64,000 nt of DNA, from contig OZ024742.1 in assembly GCA_964016885.1 (NCBI GenBank), positions 290,656,001 to 290,720,000 of the forward strand, in the 5' to 3' direction. This DNA comes from Eledone cirrhosa. Its lineage: Eukaryota. Under the pieces are notes generated by a model. The model worked only from the letters and a program-made list of their open reading frames with translations. It did no database searches and was not told where the DNA came from. Below are positions 35,069 through 48,238 of this stretch, piece after piece. Made by a program: the position numbers and the translations under genes. Numbering within the stretch: position 1 is the first letter of the stretch; each line of letters opens with the position of its first letter.

Positions 35069-35981
35069 TGTAGTTAGAAAAAGCTATCTCACTTACCGCT
35101 TTTCACAGGCGCTGCTAAATTCCACTGCAGGTACTCCTCTTCCACGTGCGTCCGACTGCTTAACACCGGGAGCTGCCCAAAACTCGCGTCCACACCGTAT
35201 GCTGGTCACCACTAGAGAGAGGCCCTCTCCTGGCCCTTCCGGTCGAGCATCCTTCCGGCCAAAGACCCCTTCCGGTCGAGCACTCCCCCCGCCTCCAGCC
35301 ACCGCACGCCACACCATACCCACAGTAATTCACCACTGTTGGTCCAGGGGTTGTTTACTTGTCCAGCAGGTGCTCACTTATATCATAACTAACTAATATT
35401 ACTGTTGGCCGTATCGCTATTCCCCACCTATGACCTGTTCTCTAGCAGAACAGCTCTGCCAAAAAGTATAAGAGTAACAAATAAAAACCAAGAGAAATAT
35501 TAATTTAAAACAATATTCATGGTTGAGTTAGAGCTAGTCTTTTAAATCTGTTTTTCCCTGTTTTGCATGGTTTGGACAGAGCCTGGAGCTTATCCCAGTT
35601 ACTTGGGCATTAAACTAAGGGTACTTATGTTTAGCTAAATCAACTGGAACAGCATGAAATGAAGTGCCTTGCTGGTCTGAACATTGAACCCAAGGTCTTT
35701 ACATTCACAATAGAAATAATACATAATTAAAACATTTTATTGTAATTTATTGATAAATATAACAATTAATTTGAAATGTAGTCATTCCAATGCATGTGAC
35801 TCTAATAATAGCTGACCACTGTAGATAATAGTTTAAAAAATTAGGTACAATACCCCTGGAGATGGAAAAAAGTGGACAGCGGTGCTTGCGAGGAATTAAA
35901 CCCTAAACCAGGCAAGTGTATTATTCACTGTTAAACCAATAAGTCTCTGACCACTGACTGCTGTCTTTTAGAAGCATTTAA

Positions 35982-36202
35982 CCCTTTACTATTTACATTA
36001 TTCTATATATACTATTGTATTTTCATGGTAAAGGCTTTACCTCACATAATTATCTCTCATAATATCGAATCTAAGAGATTTTGATATTATTTATGTTGAG
36101 AACAATACCTTAACATCAGTATGATCAACTGGTTACAATTGGCTTGAACTGAAAGATATGAGAGAATTTTGGCCAGATATGGCTGGTTTAAATGCTAAAG
36201 GG
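35982..36202. mobile_element. 221-bp piggyBac-type MITE
   Basis: TTAA|CCCTTTAC...GCTAAAGGG|TTAA; TIR resembles that of the 1.85-kb piggyBac. Other copies at 48239-48459 and 63501-63721. Confidence 0.85.
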
Positions 36203-36422
36203 TTAAACTTGTATCTAGAAGTGGTTGACTTGAAACATTGGGAACATTTTAAATATGAAATATTGTTCTATTTATAGTGATCAACTACTATTTTAATCAT
36301 CTGCATTGGGACAACTACATTTTAAATTTCAAACTTTCCCAATGTATCTTAAGTCAACCAGAAGATAACAATTAATGTTTCCATGGAATTATAACATGAA
36401 AGTCTTTGGTTATTTCTAACAG

Positions 36423-36471
36423 GTATTTCAAGAATATTTCCAAGAAATACAGACAACTGAAACATCATCAG
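36423..36471 (+). CDS. Host exon, end of macrodomain B: VFQEYFQEIQTTETSS
   Basis: TCTAACAG acceptor, GTAAAC donor, 49 bp, phase 0->1; joins 29124 and 40111 in frame. Confidence 0.8.
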
Positions 36472-36689
36472 GTAAACACACAATATTTTATTCACAGATG
36501 TATAAATAACATTAAAAATTGTTCACAATTCTTTCAGAATGAAAATATAACACATATAATAAATACAATTAACTATTGCTAGGAACCTCACAATGCACCA
36601 AAATATATGGTGAAAGCAAGAGAAAGAGGGGGGAAAAAGTAAAGAAAAGAGGGTGGGATATCTCTGATGACACTGCAGCTTTATGATTC

Positions 36690-37890
36690 TTCATCTCCTT
36701 GATTGCTTCTTTGACCCTATAACTATCAACCTCAATAGCTGGTCCTTCTTTTGGGTAAGTAAGGGGTAGTCTTTCCTCTTCCCATTAATTCTCTACATTC
36801 ATCAGTCTCTCATAGTAACATTTCCAGGCCTCTTTCTTTTGAACATTAATGATGCTAAGTGCATGAGAGTAATTTTTAATACACTTTTCCCCAGCTACAT
36901 CCTGATTCACACTGACACACTGCCTTGTGATATGGTACACTTCTCGTCTCTGGTCCTCACATCACAAGACATCGACAAACTTTCTTTTTTCAGCCTTTCT
37001 TTCAGCTCCGTATACCTGTCATCTATCTTCTCCCTTACCTACCTGGTACCGGTCTCTGATATCCCCATTTTTCCAGTATTTCCATGCCTGTTTCTTGGCT
37101 TTAATGGCTCTATCCACTGTGCTTTTCCACCACCAGGTCACCCTCTGTCTAGCTGGTGAAAAGGTTGTCACGCAAGATATCTGATTGTTGTCTATGTTAT
37201 ATGTATCTGGCTTGTCAATCCTCTCATCGAATGCATCTCATAGGGCCTTTCCAAACCTGCCATGTAACATTGCATTTTGCATGCAGGCATCACATAGTCA
37301 TCCCATCACTCTGAAAGAGCAGCCATTTATTGCCAGCAATGGCAGCAACTACCTGAACTTCTTCCAGCCTGTTCTTACTTTGGCTATAAAACTTTCAGAG
37401 CATCCACCTACACTACTAATGTGATCTCCTAGATAGCATAAGCTGTCTATCATTTCCAGCAAACCTTCTGAACATCTAATAGGGTTTATCTCTTGAGTAT
37501 TCTTACTGTTAACTATTCCTACACATCTACCACTCACAAAGCCTGACCTTCCCATCAGTCTATCGGTGGTTCCACTACCTCTCGTAGGTGTCCAGTTTAC
37601 ACTGGATACAAAGTATGGAATTACTACTCCACCTCCCTTTTCTACACATTGAGCATGGTCATTCCCTGATAGTAGCAGAGTCTTATCTTTTTTTCTTACT
37701 AAAACTTCAGTTTTTGAGGTCATTTGATTCCAGATTTTGCTTCTATGTCTGGAACTTCCTTTCTAGTTCTTCTATCATTTCAGCTATGATGGCACAGAGG
37801 AGCTACCATGCATAACCAGTCTTGAATACCTCTGTTATAGCCTAAAGGACTATAATAAACAAGAGGGAACTGATGACTGGGCCTTGGCAA
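36690..37890 (-). mobile_element. Degenerate RTE fragments
   Basis: RVTWWWK and YLGDHISSVGGCSES..RTGWKKFR remnants. Confidence 0.8.
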
Positions 37891-37994
37891 GCCCTGTGTA
37901 TGTTATCATACTTTTATGTAAGACTCTTTGTTAATTCCAAATACCAGTTAAATAATGAGAAAATTAGTTGTATTACTAAATTGCATTATTTTCA

Positions 37995-38390
37995 AGTGGA
38001 TTGGCAATATCGGTAGAGGGTCGGACACCATGCTTTGACGCATAGAGTTACGGCCCTTGCCATTCTGTGTTCAAATCCCGCCGAGGTTAACTTTTCTTTT
38101 CATCCTTACGGGGTTAATAAAATAAAGTACCAGTAATGTACTGGGTAATTGCTGGCTTTGTGCCAATAGTAGAAACAATTATTTTCAAATAGCAGTGGAT
38201 TGGCAGTATCAGTAGCGCATCAGACACCATGCTTTGCAACATAGAGTTATGGCACTTTACCTCCTGAGTTCAAATCCGACCGAGGTTAACTTTGCCTTTC
38301 ATTGTTACGGGGTCGATAAAATAAAGCACCAGTAATGCACTGGGGTAACTGCTGGCCTTGTGCCAAAAGTAGAAACAATTATTTTCAAAT
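37995..38390 (+). mobile_element. Two tandem SINEs (same family as 24639-24827)
   Basis: Two ~195-bp units, each ending GTAGAAACAATTATTTTCAAAT; TTATTTTCAA also precedes the first unit. Confidence 0.85.
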
Positions 38391-40110
38391 GATTTGAAAA
38401 CTATAAACTGTGTCTTTCATTAGAAATATGATAAAAAAAAGGTTAATAATGAATGAGAGGAGAGATGAGTAAGTTTGGAGAGCCCAAGTTAAGGTAGTGC
38501 AAGATCCTCCACATTCACAGAACATAAGCCATTGTATTAATGGTAACTTACAGGAATAGGAGCATATTTGTAAATAACTCTACACTAATTAATTGAGTGA
38601 CTTGGTCTAGAAAGTTTACATGTCCCAGATGTAACAGCAGTACTCTAAAGGGTCAGCAATTGATGAGAGAGTTGTAGTATTTTCTGGTCATGGGGAGCTA
38701 GTGTTTAGGGTGTAGTCCTTGCTATTTAAGGATGCATATTTGCCATAAGAGATCCTCAGAGATTGCTAGGTTGAGCATTTGGAGCAATTGCAACGCCCTA
38801 ATTGTGTGATGCTTATAAAAGGGGTGGGAGAAGTATGATAATGTTTTCTTGATTTGAGCAGAGTTTGGGTTATTTTGGCTGTTGAAAGAGACATGCTTGT
38901 CATAGCTTCATTGGAGGATGGTTTTGAGGTCTCTTTCATGGAGTCATTACAGACTTGGTGTGAGACAGTCAACAATTAGTTGAGAAAGGTTATGGAAGAA
39001 TGAAGGGTTGTTACATTTGCATAAGAATGGGCATTGTTGAATGTGAAGTAAAGTAGATAATTGGTGTATAGAAAGAAAAGGAGGATGCAAAACTGCATGC
39101 AGGGGAACACCAAAGTTAGTTATAGTCTATAAACATATTAAAATTTATTTCATTGTGAACTGACGTGGCATCATAATCATCATTTCATGTCTGATCTTCT
39201 GTGCTGGCATGGGTTGGATAGGTTGTTACAGACCAAATCAGAACTTAATCAGGGTTACTAGTCTTCCAGACAAGTCAAGGGACTATGCCTCCTTTAAATA
39301 TGTTCCACATTTGACATGGCTTCCAATGCTCTTTACACAGGATACTGGGTACATTTTATTGTGGCACCACTGCTAAAGATGTTGCATCCTTCATGTGATT
39401 AAGAAGGTCTTCTGAGCCTGTTTTTAGCACAGCCACAAAAGCTGGCTGCACTTCCTATCACTAACCACTTCACAGAGTATATTGGGTGCATTTTATTGTG
39501 GCACCACTGTTGCATAGGTTATTATATCCATGGCATGATTGAACAGTCTTCTCAATCCTTTTTTTGGCATGATTTCTATTGTTGAATGTTCTTCTTTAAT
39601 GCCAACCATGTTACAGAGTGCATTGGGTTCATTTTATCATGGCACCAGCACTAAAGAGGTTATGTCATTAATGTGACTGAAGCTTCCTCTCTACCCTTTT
39701 TGACAAGATTTATGACTGGATTACTTTTCTAAACCTAATTAATTAGAAATATTGACACATGTACAATTAATGCTTTGATACTAGCCTACTGAAAACCATC
39801 TCTGTTTCTATGAAACAAAAGCACCCATTTGAGTAAATCTATCCAAATTCTTAATTAAATAATTGAAATACATAGTTCATATTTAAATTAGTATCCTCCA
39901 ACATAATTTTATATAAAAACCATATGTTAAGTTACTATTTTGTTAATGAAATAGCAATTTTACTAAATCCCTCAAAATTTCCATTAATTGGAATACAGTA
40001 ATATTGGTACAAATGGGTTAATATCTTGTCTAGGTACAGTAACATAAGAAAGCATCTGCTAGATATATGACTATTTTTCTTTGACAAAATGAGTATTTCT
40101 TTTATTTCAG

Positions 40111-40292
40111 AGAGTGATGCATCAGAGGACAATACAGTTACTGACGTCCATGAAAAAGACATGAGTGTCTCAGTGAAATTCATTTCAAAATATCAAAATC
40201 TTGACATAGCTGTAAAAACTGTTAAAGAAGAATATATCTCCATGTTATTGAATGAGGTGATGCCATTAGACTTTGAGTTAACAGAAGCTCAA
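40111..40292 (+). CDS. Host exon, post-macrodomain linker: (E)SDASEDNTVTDVHEKDMSVSVKFISKYQNLDIAVKTVKEEYISMLLNEVMPLDFELTEAQ
   Basis: TTTCAG acceptor, GTAAGT donor, 182 bp, phase 1->0; open and compatible with both neighbours. Confidence 0.8.
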
Positions 40293-40339
40293 GTAAGTTT
40301 GTCAAGAATATTACATGTTTATTATTATCAACATGACTA

Positions 40340-40935
40340 GGATGGTGGAGTGGCAGTATCGGTAGAGCATTGGACATTCTGCTTTGTGGCACAGGGTTAC
40401 AACCCTTTACGTTCTGAGTTCAAATCCAGCTTAGGTTTCTTCCTTACGAGATCGATAAAAGAAAGTACCAGTAACACACTGTGGGTCGATTTAATCTACT
40501 TTTCCCTCCCCAAAAAATTTGCTGGTCTTGTGCCTCGATTGGCAGTATCAGTAGAGGGTCTGACGCCATGCTTTGCAGCAAAGAGTTACGGCCCTTGCCA
40601 TTCTGAGATCAAATCCCGTCGAGGTTAACATTGCTTTTCAACCTTACGGGATCGATAAAATAAAGTACCAGTAATACACTGGGATAATTGCTGGCTTTGT
40701 GCCAAACGTAGAAACAATTATTATTATTATTATTGATAGGGCAGTGGATTGGCAATATTGGCAAAGCATCGGAAACCATGCTTTGCAGCACAGAGTTTTG
40801 GTCCTTTGCATTCTGAGTTAAAATCCCCCGATAAAATAAAGTACCAGTAACACACTGGGATCAATTTAATCAACTTTCCCCATCTCCAAAATTGTTGGCC
40901 TTGTGTCGAAAGCAGAAATCGTTATTATTATTGAT
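40340..40935 (+). mobile_element. Cluster of about three tandem or nested SINEs (family of 24639-24827)
   Basis: Repeated TGGCAGTATC.GTAGAG heads and GATAAAATAAAGTACCAGTAA cores. Confidence 0.85.
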
Positions 40936-41189
40936 TACTGAGGTGGAAGCCACGTTTCTTCTCAGCTCCCGTAAGCTTTTCTAAATTTAAACATTTTTAC
41001 TTTTTCTAATATTGAGTTTCAAGTTTTTAAACTTGACTGAAACAGAAAAACCAGACTGCTAACTGCAGATGTGTTTCTTGAACCTGGAATGATACCCAAT
41101 GAGTATAAACACATATATTTACTTACACACATATATAGATACACATATACACACACCTATGCATATATAAATATACACACATACATATC

Positions 41190-41481
41190 ATCATCATCAT
41201 CATCATCATCATCACCGTTTAACATCCATTCTTTTTCACACTAGCATGGGTTAGAGGAGTTGTCCTGTTGTGAGCAATGCCCAGTCAGGTGACCGTGTCT
41301 TGCTCATACAGAACTGATTTTGGCTTGGTTTCTACAGCTGGATGCCCTTCCTAATGCCAACTTCATTTACAGTGAGGACTGGGGGCTTTTTGTTGTGACT
41401 CCTGTATGACTACTTTACAGTCTGGGTTGGGTGCTTTTTCTTTTGACATCCAGCAGTGTGCGCTGGATACTTTTTGTCATA

Positions 41482-41516
<35 letters not shown>

Positions 41517-41950
41517 CATCATCATCATCGTTTAATGTTTATCTTCCACGCTAGCATGAGTTAGACGGGAATTGTCCCACTTGAGGCAAGATTGATTGAG
41601 TGACTCTGTCTTGCTTGTATTGGACTGTATCTGGCAGGTTTTCTACAGCTAGATACCTTTCCTAACACCAACCACATTTACAGTGTGGACTGGGAGCCTT
41701 TTTACCGTGTCTGCTACACGACCACTTTACAGCGTGGACCGGGTGTTTATTGTCATGACACCTACACGGCCACTTTAGATTGGACTGGATGTTGTGGTAC
41801 CAACATAACTTTACAGAGAAAGGGTGGTGCTGGTGGGAGTGGGAGTAGTAGGTTGGGGTGTATATTTGGTTAAGAGGTGCCTACTGACTAGGTTAACTTT
41901 GTACATAGGGAAGGTGGGTCTTCTGTATTACTGCGTGGTGCCAAAGATCT
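41190..41950 (-). mobile_element. RTE 3'-end fragments with (TGA)n tails, among microsatellites
   Basis: 41517-41950 aligns with 11401-11960; 41190-41480 is a related 3'UTR. Confidence 0.8.
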
Positions 41951-42845
41951 CGATACATATATATACAAACACATGTATATGTATCTATCATTTCACTCTT
42001 CTTTTAAAGATACAGTGGGTATGTGTACACAACTAGTATATAATAACTGTATATAATGATACATCCAGTATTGAAATAACGGTTCAGATTACTACAGTGT
42101 TTTCAGTATAACACTAGATTACGCTATAATCCAGTATGAAAATAATATTTGTTCAGATTATCGTATAGTGGAATTGTTGGTGCCACGAAAAAATGCATCC
42201 ACTACACTCTGTAAGGTGGTTGACATTAGGAAAGGTATCTAGCCATAGAAACCATGCTAAAATGGAAAGTATAAGCAAAATGTGGTCAGTTGACTTCCCT
42301 TGTCTTAAATTATGATAATCCATCTATCTAATCCAGCATGGGAAGTGTATGTAAGTAAAAGGATGAGGGATGATAATGATGAAGATGATGACTTTAAATT
42401 AAATGAAGGAGATGCTCCATCATAGCTACAATCCAATGACTGATATCAGTAAATAATATATTTCAAAATTATTTTTAGGTGCTACAATAAAATACACTTA
42501 GGATAACCTGTAAGGTTGTTGGTGTCAGGAAGGGCATCAGACTGTAGAAGCTGTGGTGAAAAGACTCTCCATTTGTGTCAAGGACCTGACAACCTCCATA
42601 GTGTTGATGCTATGATAGAATGCACCCAGTACACTCTGTAAAGTGATTAGTGATAGAAAGGGCTTCCAGCTATAGAAACCATGCCAAACAAAGGGTTGAG
42701 AGAATGTTTTGGTCTTGCTGAGTACATGTGATGGTGATGATAGCGGTGATGGGGATGATGATGATGCTGGTAATACTGATAATTATATTGGTGATGATAA
42801 TGAGGTGCTTTATAAGAAATTGTTTTCTTTTATTAATTTTTTCAG

Positions 42846-43209
42846 AAGAAGGAAGTCAGAAACATTAATGGCAAGGACAAAGTCAACATAAATATTGATT
42901 CAAGTATTAATATTCATGGCAGATTGCCTTGTGTAAAAGATGCCAAAATCAATATTCAATCCCTATTAATGAAATTCAAAAAACAGGAAGAGGAATCATA
43001 CATTAAAAACATGGTGCAGTGGTACTATTACAGTAGAGAAACACCTGAAAGAATGTTTGATGAAGAAGAAAATGCTGTGTTAGAGAAAGCTTTCTCACAG
43101 AAAAAAAAAACATACACATGGAGAAATATTGAATATGATATTAAGAATCTATGTTTTGTAAAGAATGGATTGCAATTTCAACTGAAGAGAACAGAAATAG
43201 GAAAAGGTG
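42846..43209 (+). CDS. Host exon, KH-like segment plus WWE domain: KKEVRNINGKDKVNINIDSSINIHGRLPCVKDAK...MVQWYYYSRETPERMFDEEENAVLEKAFSQKKKTYTWRNIEYDIKNL...LKRTEIGKG
   Basis: TTTCAG acceptor, GTAAGG donor, 364 bp, phase 0->1. VQW.Y...FD...N..LEKAF is the PARP14-type WWE pattern. Confidence 0.85.
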
Positions 43210-43277
43210 GTAAGGATGTCTTTTTATCATTATAGTCATCATCATCATTAACAATCATCATTTTATGTCTACCTTTA

Positions 43278-43490
43278 GGGTGGTGGATTGGCATTATTAG
43301 TAGAGCATTGGACAACATGCTTTGCAGCATATAGTGATGCCTCTTTGTATTGAGTTCAAGTCCTACCAAGGTGAACTTTCCCTTTCATCCTTATGGGGTC
43401 GATAAAATAAAGTACCAGTAATGCACGGGTGAATTTATTCAACTTTCCTTTCTCCAAAAATGGTTGATCTTGTGCTTAAATCAGAAACTA
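43278..43490 (+). mobile_element. SINE (family of 24639-24827)
   Basis: Head and core motifs present; TTTTATGTCTACCTTT is duplicated on both sides (~43261, ~43491). Confidence 0.85.
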
Positions 43491-43604
43491 TTTTATGTCT
43501 ACCTTTCCATGTTTGCATGGGTTAGATGAATTTGTTCCACCACAGTTTCCTCCACTTGTGTCTTTCTTTCATTTCCTCTCTGAGGTTCAACATTTTGACA
43601 TCAA

Positions 43605-45480
43605 CTATTTACTATCCGGGTGACCATACTATGTCCCACCATTCCAAATTTTTTCAACATTTCAGCGTCTATCTCCAAAGGTCCAGCTGCCTTGCCCGTC
43701 TTCATATCTTTGATTGCCTTACTTATTATACTACCATTAACTTGCACAGCTGGTCCCTCTATTGGATCAATTTGGGGCAGACCATCTTTTTCGCATTCAT
43801 TCTCTTCATTTAGTAGTCTCTCATAGAGACATTTCCAAGCTACCTTCTTATCAGTGTAAGTGAGGGCAAGTAAACTATCATCATTACGGACACACTTCTC
43901 CCCGACAATATCACAGTTTTCTTTGACTCATTATTTCGCAATCCTGAACACCTCACGTTTCTGGTCCTCGTGTTGTAGAACATGCTTGAACTTTCTATCC
44001 TCTGCTTCCCTTCTTGCAATGTACACTTGTCGCCGAGCTTCTCTCCTAACCATCTGATAGTGTTCTCTACTTCCCCACATCCCACCATTCTTTCCAAGCT
44101 TGCTTTTTGGCCTTGATTGTCTCCTCCACTTTACTGTTCCACTACCATGTTACTCTTCTGCCTAAAGGTTTGCTCCAGCCACAGATTTTTCTCTGTCGCC
44201 TTCAGCAGATTAACTTTCAGGAATACCCACTCTTTCTCTATATTGTACATCTCTAATTACTCTTCCTTACTGTCAAAAGCATCAAATAATATGCTTTTAA
44301 ATTTGTTACTGACTGTGGGGTCCTTCAACTTCCATATTTTTCTCCTCGAGGTAGACTTCTGTCATCGAGTACGCCTAGTCCTGACTATGAGGCCACTAAC
44401 TATTAGGCTATGTTGGGAGGTGCATTCTTCATGAATGAGGGGGGACTTAGTGTTTACAACAGACACTCTGTTTCATCTTCTAGGAAGAGTAAAATCTATC
44501 TGGCTGGCATGTTCCCCTGATCTATAGGTAATCAAGTGATTGTCTTGTTTTTTAAATTTGTGTTACAGATAGTTAGATTATTAGCATCACAGAATTCCAG
44601 GATCCTAAAGTCTTCCTCATTTCTAGTACCAAACTCATAGCCTCCATGGATTCCGTCATAGCCATCACAATGTCGCCCAACATGACCATTAAAGTCACCA
44701 GCAATAATTATGTAGTTATTGTTGGTTATTGAGAGGTAGTGAGCATTAGCGACTCATAGAACCTGTCTTTTATAATGTCAAGTAGACCAGATTGGGGTGC
44801 ATAAGCGGATATTATTGACACAGTTGTTCTATTCAAACCTAGTCTTATTTTAATTATTCTGTCATTCACTCTATGGCAATTACCTTATCTACCCAGTTTT
44901 CTGCTAATTCCTACTCCACCCAGCCCGTTGTCACATCCCATCTAGAAAAGTTTAAAGCATCGTTTTTTGCCCACTACAAATCTAGCAGACCCACCCCTCC
45001 ACCTGGTCTCTTGAACACAACAAACATCAACTTCCTTACATTCAAACATCTCTACAACCTCATTTGAGTGACCTTTAACCTGTATGCCTACATTCATGTT
45101 ACCAACTCTGAAGTTTTGGAGTTCGCTGGGAGAGAGGAAGGGATGAGATGGGGGCACAGTGAGGGGTGTGGGAGATGGAATTGTGTTGGTTTTGGTCTTC
45201 CATGTCTGAAATAAAGAGGAGTGCTTGCATGCTCGTCCAGAGATGGAAGGTGAATTTATCTTTGTCATTGTCATTGTGAGTGCTCAGGCTCTCCATCTCT
45301 GTAGTCCATTTATCATACCGAACAACAACCAGGTTTAAGGAGTATTTTAAAGCTTTGCGATAGAGATTTTATGTTAGAAACCTTACTATAAACCACTGGG
45401 CTTTGATTGGACCAAATAACTATGGTGGTGAATGGGGGTGGGTGGGAGGAAAATGGGTAACTTTTGGACATGCTTTTCAA
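43605..45480 (-). mobile_element. RTE LINE 5' half (APE endonuclease), degenerate
   Basis: NFRVGNMNVG, DVCCVQETRWRGGSAR and AGDFNGHVG; homologous to 19380-21050. Confidence 0.9.
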
Positions 45481-45499
45481 AAGTGTGAGAGATAAAAAA

Positions 45500-45690
45500 A
45501 TAATTGTTTCTACTTTAGGCACAAGGCCAGCAATTACCCAGTGCATTACTAGTACTTTATTTTATCGGCCCCGTAAGGATGAAAGGCAAAGTCAACCTCG
45601 GCAGGATTTGAACTCAGATCGTAAAGGGCCTTAACTATGCTGGAAAGCATGGCGTCCGACCCTCTACTGATACTGCCAATCCACTGCCTT
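45500..45690 (-). mobile_element. SINE (family of 24639-24827), reverse orientation
   Basis: Reverse complement of head and core (TTTATCGGCCCCGTAAGGATGAAAGG, GGATTTGAACTC). An older copy lies at ~47150-47290. Confidence 0.85.
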
Positions 45691-46159
45691 AAAAAATAAT
45701 AACAATAAGTATGGACAAAACAAAATTCCGAGAGAGAAAAGTTAATGCTAGAACAATCTATACAAACAAAAATGACCAAGTATACTTAGTAAGTATACTT
45801 TTCAAATGTGTCTTTTTTTTTCAAAATCGCCCACCACTTAGATAAGCCATAAGACTTTTATTTTCTCATCCCTTAGCTTAATGGTAAAAACAGTCAACCA
45901 GAATTCAATAGATTCAGGTTTGTTTCTTCATAGTAGTTGCTGGACACGTTTTGAAACTAATTAAGAATTTAGAGTGATTTAGTAATATAAATAACTTTCT
46001 CATTATTAAGTTGATGTTTGGAACATACCTTTACATAGGTACATAAAATTCTGATGGAAGCTCCAATTAACCCTTTTGATATGAACTTTCCCCAGGTTCT
46101 CTGATATAAAACTATTTATTTTAAAGTATATTTAGCTTCCATCATAATTTTATGCAAGA

Positions 46160-46835
46160 ACCTATCAAAGAACATCGGATTTATATGTGGTTGATGCACA
46201 GGTAAATAAGTAGCAAGAGCTCGCAAGATACTAGCTCTTTTAAATGTCCAGTGGACTCTGTAGAAGTAGTGGATAGTTTCTGATAACTGGGTGATTAAAT
46301 TACAGTAGCCACCACTGTTAACAAAAGTGTTTTATCTCAAAAGCTTGCATGCTCCAATGGATGTGTAATAGTAATATACATGAACGGCAAAATGTAAATG
46401 AACTGAGTGAGAAACTAGGCATAAAAGGGATTGGATCCAGTGTGCAGGAGAGAAGATTGCAGTGGTATGGACATGTGATGGTATGAAGGATGACAGCTGT
46501 ATAAAAAAGTGGGGGCACTCAAAGTTAATGGAATCTATGGAGTAGGAAGACCTATGAAAGCTTGGGATGAGGTGATAAAAACTAACCTCATACAATTGCA
46601 CCTCTTTAAGACAATGAGACAGGATAATGATCTCTGGTATAATGCAATACTACAGAAGACCTACCTTCCCATGTGCAAGGGACGAAGCAATGTCTAGTGG
46701 TCTTTAGTATGCACATCTCCCTCCCTCCCCTTGCATAATCCTACTTCATTAGAAATATAGTAACAAAAGGTTTAAATTCTGACTTTGATTGTGACAACCA
46801 ATCCAACCGTTGCTAGCAGTTAAAAAGGACATTGA
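46160..46835 (+). mobile_element. Degenerate RTE 3' fragment
   Basis: RRLQWYGHV and GVGRPMKAW remnants. Confidence 0.75.
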
Positions 46836-47349
46836 ATGATCATAATGATATATATATATATGTGTGTGTGTGTGTGTATATAAATTATTGTTTTTATGTC
46901 TGCTTTTCGATATTGAAAATGAAAATAAGCATGTAATGCCCAATGCTAATTCATAAATTTCATAGAAACCATTAATGGAATTGGAAATTTGTCCACAGCA
47001 ATGCGAGGGGACTAACTAATGTGTGCTGCAAATTTTGAGGAAATCAGCTGGATTATCTTTAAGCTACACCTCAAAAAAGCCTAAAAATGCCTATTTTTAT
47101 TTTTATTTATTTATTTTTTTTATTCCTGAAATTCATTCTTATCCTTGACTGATACTTTATTTTATTGACTGGAGAAGGATGAAAAGCAAAGTTGACCCCA
47201 AGGGATTTGAACTCAGAATATAAAAAGAGCCAGAGAAAATACCACAAAATATTTTGGCTGATGCTCTAACGATTCTGCCAGTCTACTACTGTCTTTATGA
47301 ATATAGTAATAATGAAGATGGTTGTGGTTGTGATGGTGATGGTATTGTG

Positions 47350-47665
47350 TTGTACCACCATTGGTTCTGATGAGAGAGTTCCAGTTGTTCAATCAATGAA
47401 ACAGCTTGTTCTTGAAATTAACATACAATGGGCTGAGCATTCCACAAATACATGCACACTTAACATAGTTCTCAGGAAGATTTAGCATGATAGTGGGTGA
47501 TATGTTCCTTTGAATTACAGATACAACTCAATTTTTCTAGCTAAGTGGACTGGAAAAATGTGAAATAAAATGTCTTGCTCAAGGACACATAGCACCACTG
47601 GAAATCAAACTCATGACCTTATGATTGCGAATAAAACAGCTTAACCATTAAGCCATGTACCTTCA
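47350..47665 (-). mobile_element. tRNA-derived SINE, reverse orientation; head related to 4860-5000
   Basis: TGTCTTGCTCAAGGACAC core and TAACCATTAAGCCATG A-box complement. A related degenerate SINE lies at ~48500-48830. Confidence 0.7.
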
Positions 47666-48238
47666 CTGGTGATGGCGATAATATTAAAATAATATTTATG
47701 TACACTATACACCAGCTATGTAATATACAGGGGGCAGCAGAAATATCTTCCATAATTTACAGGATCAACCATTAAAATATGGCAGGTATTTTTGCCACAG
47801 CCTGTATTAGTAAAGCTGTATATTGGACAGGTATGCATAGTTTAGTACATTTTAATACCTAATTAATACCATTATTGATATTTCTGTAAAATAATTCCCC
47901 CAAAACATAACTATTTACATTTCTCCTTAATTCACGAAAAAACTGAATCAATTACAGGTAATAGATATAAGTGAAATATTTGTAATTTATTGCAGGTCAT
48001 TACAGGTAATAGAGGTAGATGAATGTATTTGTAATTATACAGTAATTGTAAGTAATAGATAAAGGTGAAAATATTTGTAAATAATCAGTAATTATTGGTA
48101 ACATATTTCAATGAACACTCAGTCCTCATTAAATGTATGATTAAACCTCTACCTGTCATGACCAATTTCTATTTTTTTTGTGCATAGTTTATATAGGAAA
48201 ACATTATCCAATGTGTCATATCTTGTTAAAGACATTAA

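Larger units (their letters stand above)
31185..35324 (-). mobile_element. Compact Gypsy-type LTR retrotransposon, copy 2 (4140 bp), near intact
   Basis: LTRs 31185-31439 and 35069-35324. Perfect 5-bp TSD GTAAT (31180-31184, 35325-35329); empty site at 62844-62848. ORFs 33492..35015 (gag-PR-RT start), 31945..33531 (RT YIDD, RNase H, IN) and 31480..31923 (IN C-terminus). Confidence 0.97.
23045..36490 (+). repeat. Segment B of an intragenic segmental duplication (paralogous to ~49270-64000 and partly to 6200-8558)
   Basis: Collinear near-identical exons and introns; differences are mainly TE presence/absence and minisatellite length. The right limit given is only where the partner copy leaves the window. 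Confidence 0.9.

Noticed and set aside
47945-48105. Short degenerate tandem repeats (also 29195-29350 and 49188-49237)
   Set aside because: Ordinary slippage duplications with no further structure.
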